A stretch of 64,000 nucleotides of DNA, taken from an archaeon (lineage in GTDB: Archaea > Aenigmatarchaeota > Aenigmatarchaeia > GW2011-AR5). Position numbers and translations under genes: made by a program. The notes under the pieces are model-generated. The model worked only from the letters and a program-made list of their open reading frames with translations, was not told the origin of the DNA and did not search any database. Positions 56,832-64,000 of the stretch are shown piece after piece. The stretch spans positions 114,266-178,265 of the forward strand of contig JANQNA010000003.1 in assembly GCA_028279825.1 (NCBI GenBank), read 5' to 3'. How positions within the stretch are numbered: the stretch's first letter is position 1; each line of letters starts with the position of its first letter.

Positions 56832-57287
56832 CTATGATGCTTTATGTGAGTAAATGAACCAGAAAAACAGGAATACAAGTATCAGCCCGCCTATCCATAA
56901 TACAGCCGTGGGATCAAACCCTAAAGGAACGAAACGGGTTAACTCTTGCGAGAAAGCCCCAAGCAGCATTGCGAGTAATATGATTGTAACAAGAATAGGC
57001 AGCTTGTCACCGCCCCCCTCGCCTTTTGTAAACATCTTTTTCAGGAGTGCCAGGAAAAACAGCACAATTAACACGCCTACTGCTATAGGCATGTATTGTG
57101 TTAACGCTAATACCAATGGCTCATAAGCCATCGAGAACAGTGCTATTGCCAGCGCTAACGCACCGTTAACGCGCCTGTCGTCAAAGACCTTTGCATAAGA
57201 AAGTACGCCGAATACTACTGCAAATACAAACAGAAATGTCGATACCAGCGGAAGCAGATCCGCCGGTAAGAATGGTATTGTCGCCAT
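56832..57287 (-). CDS. Multi-pass membrane protein, paralog family member
   Basis: FLFVFAVVFGVL..AKVF..RRVN motif. Confidence 0.75.
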   Translation of the reverse strand: MATIPFLPADLLPLVSTFLFVFAVVFGVLSYAKVFDDRRVNGALALAIALFSMAYEPLVLALTQYMPIAVGVLIVLFFLALLKKMFTKGEGGGDKLPILVTIILLAMLLGAFSQELTRFVPLGFDPTAVLWIGGLILVFLFFWFIYSHKAS

Positions 57288-57296
57288 GAATATTAC

Positions 57297-57857
57297 CTAT
57301 GAGTATTTTTTCCAATGTCCGTGTCTTTTTTTAAGCCTTTTTTCAATACCTTCCAATCTTCTGACTTCTTCAGCCCATACAGGTGCATCGTCAGATTTAT
57401 GTTCTCGTGACTTTCTAAGTTCTTCTCTTGCTTTAGCAAGATCCTTCTTTAATTCACTTCTTCTATAAGTTTCTTCTATCTCACCATGAACTCCTGCTTC
57501 ATAACCCCCACCTTCTGAGTATCCTCCGCCGCCTTTGCTGAAGTGTTCGGCAAAGTAGTAGACTATACCCATTATGAATATCAGGAAGATAAAGTACGGG
57601 CCTGATATCAGGGCAAACGTTGAATAGTAACCGCCTGCAACAATGAACATATACGCACCCAATGCAAGCAGCAGCCTAAGTCTGCTTTGTGCTACAATCC
57701 TACCGGTCATGCTGTAAACAACAAGTATTATGAAAATCGTCGGGACAACCAGGAAAAGTACTAAATCTCTGTAGATATTACCTGTAAACGGCTGGCCCGG
57801 ATACTGCGTCATGCCGAGAATTTCCACAAAAAGAAGGTAACCAATATCAATTGCCAT
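57297..57857 (-). CDS. Membrane protein with charged C-terminal tail
   Basis: Three or four TM helices followed by a coiled tail. Confidence 0.7.
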   Translation of the reverse strand: MAIDIGYLLFVEILGMTQYPGQPFTGNIYRDLVLFLVVPTIFIILVVYSMTGRIVAQSRLRLLLALGAYMFIVAGGYYSTFALISGPYFIFLIFIMGIVYYFAEHFSKGGGGYSEGGGYEAGVHGEIEETYRRSELKKDLAKAREELRKSREHKSDDAPVWAEEVRRLEGIEKRLKKRHGHWKKYS

Positions 57858-57899
57858 ACCCTAACTATGTACTAAACCGAATAAAAAGATAGCGGGAAT

Positions 57900-58556
57900 T
57901 CACTCTACAACCACGTTAATCTTGTTGCCGTCTCCACAATAACTTCCGTGAGTCTCGAAGTCAACTATTTCCACTGTATAATTTCCCTTCTCCCACACTG
58001 CATGGGTACCTTTCAGTGCACCACTCTCATCAGTCCTGGTCCAGACAATTTTTTCCCCGCTGGGTCCTATAACTCTGAAATTAGCACCTATTCCTGCAAC
58101 TGTCGAATATTCACCTGTATGTTCTGTTTGCCAGTTATAGTAGATAACCCCTGCTTCGTATCCATCACCGGCAACCTCCCAGTTACTTGACCCGCTTTCA
58201 CCATAAACCTTTATCTCTCCAACTTCAAAAGGATCCGGTGTACATAAACCCTTTGGTTCTGAAAATATCAGTTCTATCTCTTCCTCTGTATTATTTTCTT
58301 GTATATCTCCACCCTTCTTTATTGCTCCTTCTTGAAGTTGATCCATTGCAGAATCAATGTCTGTAGGCAGAGGCTGGCATGTACAGTTTCTTGTATGGCA
58401 GATTTGATCTTCAGGGCAGTCATCTTTACATGTGTAGTAATTCGGGTCATAGTCACTCCCCAGTTCATGGTTAGCACAGCTAATTTCAGATGTTATACTT
58501 TCTGTACAACCACTTGCCAATACCATTAGAAACAGTAAGGGCAATATCCATCGCAT
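57900..58556 (-). CDS. Putative lipoprotein with Cys-rich domain
   Basis: LASGC lipobox. Confidence 0.72.
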   Translation of the reverse strand: MRWILPLLFLMVLASGCTESITSEISCANHELGSDYDPNYYTCKDDCPEDQICHTRNCTCQPLPTDIDSAMDQLQEGAIKKGGDIQENNTEEEIELIFSEPKGLCTPDPFEVGEIKVYGESGSSNWEVAGDGYEAGVIYYNWQTEHTGEYSTVAGIGANFRVIGPSGEKIVWTRTDESGALKGTHAVWEKGNYTVEIVDFETHGSYCGDGNKINVVVE

Positions 58557-58592
58557 ACTGTTGTATTGAAAATTAACATATTAAAGGCAAAA

Positions 58593-59135
58593 CTAAGCAG
58601 CCATTGTTTCTCTGGCGTTACGCAGATAATCCTCAGCAACGCTTCTCTGGCGTTTTCTGACATCAATTTCAGCGACTTTATGTGACACTCTCCTTCTCTT
58701 TCTTTGTCTCATTGTTTCCCATTCGTGGTATGCCACTTCTACTTTCTTAGCTGAATCAAGATCCTTTGCTAAGTAAACTGTACTACCGTCTTCGTAACCA
58801 TATGAATTATTGAACCTTTGCCTCATTTGTCCTATCGGAAGTTCTTTTACAGTATAACCAGATCTTTCAATATCCCTGACTATTTGCGCATATGCACGTT
58901 CACCGGCTTCCTTGTAACCTTCCATAGAACCACTGAAACCTTGTGGCGGAGGCGGAGGCGGCGTTGGACCGTCTTGATCTATCCCAAATGCTCTTTTGAT
59001 AGCAGAAATAGGCTTCCCAAGAGGAATCTTACCGTGATCATCTTCCTCTACTATTTGCTGCTGCGTTTTAACAACTAGAGTTTTTGACCCTGGATACCTT
59101 CCAGTTAAACCATCTACACCGGGTATTGCAGGCAT
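58593..59135 (-). CDS. Hypothetical protein
   Basis: AGGTGA RBS; Pro-rich linker; AYHEWE motif. Confidence 0.65.
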   Translation of the reverse strand: MPAIPGVDGLTGRYPGSKTLVVKTQQQIVEEDDHGKIPLGKPISAIKRAFGIDQDGPTPPPPPPQGFSGSMEGYKEAGERAYAQIVRDIERSGYTVKELPIGQMRQRFNNSYGYEDGSTVYLAKDLDSAKKVEVAYHEWETMRQRKRRRVSHKVAEIDVRKRQRSVAEDYLRNARETMAA

Positions 59136-59226
59136 TTCATATCACCTAATTATACATATGCACGGGACCAGTATATAAAGGTTATCACTGATAAGTAGTA
59201 TATAAAGTAAACCCTTTTTAAAGGGT

Positions 59227-59637
59227 CTACCTTTGATCATGGAAGAAGTCACCGTCCTTGACTTTCTCCAGCATCTGGCCTAGTTCTCCACGACCGCCTA
59301 ATACTACCATCATTTTACGGTCTCCTTGATAACTGAACAAGCCGTTCGGCTGTTTTATCATGGACATAACTACTTTATTCCTTTTTCTATCTACATAATA
59401 GACGCTTCCGTCTTTCTCAACGTGGGGGACAAGATAGAACGTTTCAGATTCAGCATCATCAGTCTCTTTTCCGTATTGCAAAGGTTTACCTCTCCAGCTC
59501 TTATGTAGCTTGGTCGCATAAGCATAAAGTTCTCTGTCAGAAGCACCTGAATTTGCAATGATACTCGCAGAGCCCTCCGGCAAATAGCCACGAGCCTCTT
59601 CATTACGGGCCCATCTGTTTAGTTCACTATATGACAT
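59227..59637 (-). CDS. Hypothetical protein
   Basis: Start reassigned to MSYSE after GAGGTG. Confidence 0.6.
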   Translation of the reverse strand: MSYSELNRWARNEEARGYLPEGSASIIANSGASDRELYAYATKLHKSWRGKPLQYGKETDDAESETFYLVPHVEKDGSVYYVDRKRNKVVMSMIKQPNGLFSYQGDRKMMVVLGGRGELGQMLEKVKDGDFFHDQR

Positions 59638-59939
59638 AGCAAACACCTCTGGAGAATATAGCAACGTTAGCCTTGATAACAAGGGCTGACTTTATGTAAT
59701 CTAGAAATTGTACTTTCCGCATGATAAACACCTGTATTCAAGTTCATAGTTCAACCCTCTGCCAATCCAGTGTTTTAACCACAATATAAGTATATGTGAG
59801 GTCCAGTAGACAAGATTAACTATTGGTAAAACAAGCAATTACCTAACTAACTGACATTAAAAGTAAGACAAAATAATATATAATACCTACTTTTTAAATT
59901 AATAGTATAACTTTATATAGAAAAAGTAAGACTATATAT

Positions 59940-60155
59940 ATGATGAAGTCAAAAATTTCCTCTAAAGGTCAATTGGTTATTCCAAAGTATTTACGCGACT
60001 CTGTAGACATGAAGCCGGGTGACAAAGTAGTCATAGTCAAGGTAGACGACAAACTCATGGTCATGAAAAAACCGAAAGATCCGGTAAACACGTTAGTGGA
60101 AACAGGTAAGAAAACATCAATGAAAAATATCCGGAGAAAAATCAAGGAGGAGTAG
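59940..60155 (+). CDS. vapB: AbrB/MazE-type antitoxin
   Basis: SKISSKGQLVIPKYLR....KPGD.V. Confidence 0.9.
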   Translation: MMKSKISSKGQLVIPKYLRDSVDMKPGDKVVIVKVDDKLMVMKKPKDPVNTLVETGKKTSMKNIRRKIKEE

Positions 60156-60163
60156 GGAATAAT

Positions 60164-60589
60164 ATGACTAAAGAAAAATTCTATCTGGACACGTTCATTT
60201 TCATGGACATACTCTCGGGAGAACCCGATCATACAAGAAAAGCAACAAAGTATCTGGAAAAAATGAAAGAAGGAACCAAATGCATAGTATCAAGTGTGTT
60301 ATTTAGCGAACTTTCTTTCCACATACGTAGAAAGCGTGGTCGTGAAAGAGTGGAGGAAGTCTTAACCTACGTCTCACTTCTACCCAATTTGCAGATAGTG
60401 CCGGTGAGTCCGGATATAGCCAGGCTCGCCGGCCTTATACGTGCCAAATATCTGAGAAAGATCCCAAAGAAGTTAACCTACTTCGATTGTGTGCATATCG
60501 CCACAGCCAAGAAAGAAGACTGCACCAAGTTCATTACCGGAGACAGAGGCTTTAGAGACATAAAGGATATCAAAATGGAGATTTATTGA
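60164..60589 (+). CDS. vapC: PIN-domain toxin
   Basis: YLDT, SEL, FDCVHIATA and ITGD. Confidence 0.9.
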   Translation: MTKEKFYLDTFIFMDILSGEPDHTRKATKYLEKMKEGTKCIVSSVLFSELSFHIRRKRGRERVEEVLTYVSLLPNLQIVPVSPDIARLAGLIRAKYLRKIPKKLTYFDCVHIATAKKEDCTKFITGDRGFRDIKDIKMEIY

Positions 60590-60972
60590 TGAAAGTAGCA
60601 TACTGCGGCGTTTATTGTGGCGCATGCCCTTCTTTTCAAATTAGCTGTGAAGGTTGTCGTTCAGAAGCACCTCAAAAGAGAAAAAGCAAGTGGAGCTGCA
60701 AAATACGGGTTTGCTGTAAGAAAAAGAAGAACTCTTGCTACCAGTGCAAAGAATTTCCTTGTAAGAAATACAAAAAACTGTGTGATTCTCATCCAGGTGA
60801 TTCAAAGTTTGAATACAGACATGAATTGCCTGCTAATATGAGGAGGCTAAAGAAAATCGGCTTAAGCAAGTGGTCAAAAGAACAAGAAAAGCGATGGTCT
60901 TGTAAGTGCGGGGGCACAATACTGTTCTATCACTACAAATGCGATAAATGCGGAAACAAACCTAAGAATTAG
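60586..60972 (+). CDS. DUF3795 family Cys-rich protein
   Basis: AYCGVYCGAC...CEGC...CKIR.CC...C..C.EFPC. Confidence 0.85.
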   Translation: MMKVAYCGVYCGACPSFQISCEGCRSEAPQKRKSKWSCKIRVCCKKKKNSCYQCKEFPCKKYKKLCDSHPGDSKFEYRHELPANMRRLKKIGLSKWSKEQEKRWSCKCGGTILFYHYKCDKCGNKPKN

Positions 60973-61537
60973 CTTTCTGCTGCGCGCCGAAGATATTTCT
61001 GCCAGTCTTTGCGCTTTCAACAATCAGTTTAATTCGTTTTTTCCTTGTTTCTTCTAGTTTTCCTCTCAACAGCCATCTGTAATACGTTTTCTTGACAGAA
61101 GGTGAAAATCTCTCAAAACATTCCCTGGCTTTTTCTTTGTCCAGTGCTGCTTTCAACTCTTTAGGCATTGCAGGGTTTTTAGGTATCCCATCATCATGTG
61201 TAGGTCTCTTCCTCCCTTCTTCATAGTACTTTAGTCCAACAGGTGTCATCTTTTTCTGCTTGATCAGTTGTTTCGCATAAGAAATCGTATTGTCGCTCCA
61301 TTTACTATTCTTATTTCTTTTCGTAAACTTTCTTTGATATCTATCTTCATCTAACCTATTTACAGTCGTATCAATCCATCCAAAACAAATAGCCTCTTCT
61401 ATTAGTTCTCTGTGAGAGGGCGATTTCTTACCAGTATGCTTCTTATAGACGATTAAAGAAACCCTTTGCTCTTTTTCATGATTTTTAACCAGCCATTTCC
61501 TGAAATCCCCGCGATTTGAAACAGTTATCGTTTTCAT
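60962..61537 (-). CDS. YdeI/OmpD-associated family protein
   Basis: FRKWL..NH, EAICFGWID, SKWS..N and KLEETRKKRI. Confidence 0.88.
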   Translation of the reverse strand: MKTITVSNRGDFRKWLVKNHEKEQRVSLIVYKKHTGKKSPSHRELIEEAICFGWIDTTVNRLDEDRYQRKFTKRNKNSKWSDNTISYAKQLIKQKKMTPVGLKYYEEGRKRPTHDDGIPKNPAMPKELKAALDKEKARECFERFSPSVKKTYYRWLLRGKLEETRKKRIKLIVESAKTGRNIFGAQQKANS

Positions 61538-61573
61538 TATCAGTATGATCTACAGTTTCTCATTTAAAAAGAT

Positions 61574-61849
61574 TTGTATAATTATAAACCTATGGCAAAC
61601 GATGTTATTGATGTTGGCGTTGCTGTTCCTGAATGTAGAAAAGAGTCGCGTCACTCTATGTTAATGGGCGTTAAGAGCCTATATAACGCGTGGGAAAGTG
61701 TTGGCCTCCCACTTTCCATTGATTCTCTTGTTTCTGCAGATGGAATCGGTATTGATTATGCGTTTCGGCATGTTCCAAAAGATAAAGCTGATGATTTAGT
61801 CACCGCTGTTAATAAAAACACCGGTTATGCTGCAAAGATATTATCCTGA
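61574..61849 (+). CDS. Small hypothetical protein
   Basis: Fills the intergenic gap; no motif recognised. Confidence 0.5.
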   Translation: MYNYKPMANDVIDVGVAVPECRKESRHSMLMGVKSLYNAWESVGLPLSIDSLVSADGIGIDYAFRHVPKDKADDLVTAVNKNTGYAAKILS

Positions 61850-61850
61850 A

Positions 61851-63161
61851 TCAGTTAAGAAAAGCTCTTGGATCAACGCGATCCACGAATTCTCCGGCCA
61901 CATCTTCAAGAAACAGCTTCTTTGCGCGTTCAAGATCCTTTTCCTGTCCTAACGACCAGCCTAGCTTCACTAAAGCTGTTTCAGGTGTCATTGATACTGG
62001 AACAACACCAGCATCCAGTATCAGTCTTCCTGTGGAGTATACATTCATGTTGACCTTTCCGTATATGCACTGAGAAGTCATTGCAACTATCATCTTCTTT
62101 GACATTCTTCTCATGGCATCCAGAAGCTTTTTGTGATCCTTTGTGAACTCATCAACAGAGTTTATAGGCGCCTGCCCTAATCCCGTACCTTCCAGAATCA
62201 CGCCTCTGTAACCATTCTGCTCGTAGTATTCCAGTTGTTTGTAATCGAAACCAGGATAAAGCTTCACCAAAGCCACACGATTGTCAAAGACGATCGTAGG
62301 TCTGAACGTCTTACCCTGTTGTATTTTTTCTATATACTCTATATGACCTTCCATATTCACCCTTGCTATCGGCATTTTGTCTATAGACCTGAACGAGTCG
62401 CGTCGTGAAGTATGCATCTTTCTTACATGCAGACCCGGATGTATCAAACAGTAGTCATCATTCATGTTTTCATGCATGCACACACCAACGCCTGCAAAAC
62501 CGCCGTTTATAATGAATTGCGCTGCACAGACAAGATTCATTGTTGCATCACTCGAGCCACGGTCACTGCTGCGTTGCGCGCCAACAACTAAAACCGGCTT
62601 TGGAATATTATGAAGCATTAGCGCAAGCGCTGCTGACGTATAGTGTATAGTATCCGTTCCCATTGTAAGAATAATGCCGTCATATCTGGAATGTTCTTCA
62701 GCCATTTTCTTCGCATATAACATCCAATGATCTGATTTTATGTCATCAGACCATATCTGTGAAACTACTTCTGCCTTTACGTTTACGAGATCACCAAGTT
62801 GTGGTATGGAAGAAACAATATCCGCTGGAGTCAGAGCAGGATGAACTGCACCAGTCTCATAATGTATCTTTGACGCAATCGTCCCGCCTGTGTGAAGAAT
62901 CAGTATTGTTTTTTTGCTTTTATCATGTTCGTACTTGAATGGTTTTTTCTTTTTCATTTCTTTATCCAGCTTCTTTATCTTTATATCGGACGTCAGTCCC
63001 ATGTTGTAACCACTAGTCAATTTGACAACTAAAATCCCGGGATCGCCTGTGTTAGGCATTATCGTTCCTTCCATAGTGTTGCCATTTTTTTCAATTGCAA
63101 CAAAATCGCCTACCTTTACCTTAGATTTGCGAAGCAAATCTTCTATTTCTTCAGAATACAT
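61851..63161 (-). CDS. gatD: Glu-tRNA(Gln) amidotransferase subunit D
   Basis: VVKLTSGYNMG N-domain, HTGGTIAS, GTDT, GAQRSSDRGSSD and RKMHTSRRD. Confidence 0.95.
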   Translation of the reverse strand: MYSEEIEDLLRKSKVKVGDFVAIEKNGNTMEGTIMPNTGDPGILVVKLTSGYNMGLTSDIKIKKLDKEMKKKKPFKYEHDKSKKTILILHTGGTIASKIHYETGAVHPALTPADIVSSIPQLGDLVNVKAEVVSQIWSDDIKSDHWMLYAKKMAEEHSRYDGIILTMGTDTIHYTSAALALMLHNIPKPVLVVGAQRSSDRGSSDATMNLVCAAQFIINGGFAGVGVCMHENMNDDYCLIHPGLHVRKMHTSRRDSFRSIDKMPIARVNMEGHIEYIEKIQQGKTFRPTIVFDNRVALVKLYPGFDYKQLEYYEQNGYRGVILEGTGLGQAPINSVDEFTKDHKKLLDAMRRMSKKMIVAMTSQCIYGKVNMNVYSTGRLILDAGVVPVSMTPETALVKLGWSLGQEKDLERAKKLFLEDVAGEFVDRVDPRAFLN

Positions 63162-63192
63162 GAATATACATAGAAAACGAATTATAAAAACA

Positions 63193-63534
63193 CTATTGGC
63201 CTCGCATAACTCGGAGATCATGTTCTCTGGCCACTTTGTCAAGCGGATGATGTCGACGTCTCAAAGAATTATAAGTTTTTTTATCCATTTTTCTTCTTCC
63301 GAGATGTTCAGCTAAAGCTGCTGCATATAATCCACTCTCACCGGGCATTTTTGAATATCTACCCAGCTTTGTTTGGACAGGTTCTGGATCTAATTCTTTT
63401 GGCGTGCCACGTCTCATATGATAGACAAATCTTGCTCTACGGGTTTTCAATCTTTTAATTTCTGCCTCACGCCCGTGAATTTCTGAATTTAATCTATCTA
63501 CAACTTCCCCATATCCTCTTGCTTTTTCACTCAT
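63193..63534 (-). CDS. Hypothetical protein
   Basis: ATGA overlap with the upstream ORF. Confidence 0.55.
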   Translation of the reverse strand: MSEKARGYGEVVDRLNSEIHGREAEIKRLKTRRARFVYHMRRGTPKELDPEPVQTKLGRYSKMPGESGLYAAALAEHLGRRKMDKKTYNSLRRRHHPLDKVAREHDLRVMRGQ

Positions 63535-63863
63535 CTGAAACCCCGTCCTTCTCCGACATTATACACTAGCAATGCCATTCTGACATCAAATGGCACGCCA
63601 GTTCTGGGCATGACAAATGCGGTCCGCAATACCTGGGTTCTCCTGTCTTCTGCATAATCCCTTGGAGATTGGTATGAAGTTGCTTCATATTCTCGCACGA
63701 ATCCTTTCGTAACTGGATTGTCCTCGCCTAATCTTCCATCAAGCGAGTCCCAGAGTTTGCCAAATTCTTCAAGTGCATAGCGTTCAGAACCCCCTTTATG
63801 TGTTCTGGCATTCTCCAGATGTCTCTTCTCGTCAGGCGTTAATTCTGCACTCATCTCAATCAC
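63531..63863 (-). CDS. Hypothetical protein
   Basis: 110-aa ORF; no motif recognised. Confidence 0.55.
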   Translation of the reverse strand: MIEMSAELTPDEKRHLENARTHKGGSERYALEEFGKLWDSLDGRLGEDNPVTKGFVREYEATSYQSPRDYAEDRRTQVLRTAFVMPRTGVPFDVRMALLVYNVGEGRGFR

Positions 63864-64000
63864 CTGCCCAATCTGGAAGTCTTCGATGTCCAGGATTCAT
63901 TTGAATACCTGAGTGCAGTCCAAATACGTAATCAAGTACTTCACCCCTGGTGTCGCACATTGGTCTTACACCTTTGTATGTCGGTAAGTAAACAGGTCTA

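Noticed and set aside
59940-60589. AbrB-VapC pair as a novel system
   Set aside because: An ordinary type II toxin-antitoxin module, common in archaea.
1-64000. CRISPR array, cas genes, reverse transcriptase/DGR, rRNA, transposases
   Set aside because: No regularly spaced repeats or diagnostic motifs were seen by eye.

Overview
Archaeal chromosomal DNA, most likely from a small-genome DPANN lineage (inference from gene style). Archaeal markers include GatD, Alba, aEF-1beta, FEN1, CarS, Pth2, an S-layer protein, class III signal-peptide pilins and intron-containing tRNAs. There are five blocks. (1) 1-6.7 kb: a 5'-truncated Cys-rich lytic transglycosylase (SLT) gene and four paralogous lipoproteins. 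(2) 9.23-20.77 kb: an AT-rich ~11.5 kb element integrated into the 3' end of an intron-containing tRNA-Val(GAC). It carries a tyrosine integrase, a degenerate att repeat at 9231, a divergent HTH/RHH switch with a perfect palindrome, and an RNase HIII-like/Zn-ribbon/PIN fusion preceded by a GC-rich ~90-nt structured RNA. (3) 21-39 kb: housekeeping and envelope genes (S-layer, TruD, five GT2s, CarS, FEN1, two more tRNAs). (4) 39.4-58 kb: a large type IV pilus/Tad-like locus with an ATPase, a TadBC-like platform, about a dozen pilin-like ORFs (one carrying an M23 peptidoglycan endopeptidase domain) and four related membrane proteins. (5) 58-64 kb: a VapBC toxin-antitoxin pair, small genes and gatD. 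The best candidates for undescribed biology are the structured RNA plus RNase H-PIN module in the island, and an archaeal pilus system with peptidoglycan hydrolases. All calls come from reading the sequence and motifs by eye; no searches or folding programs were run.
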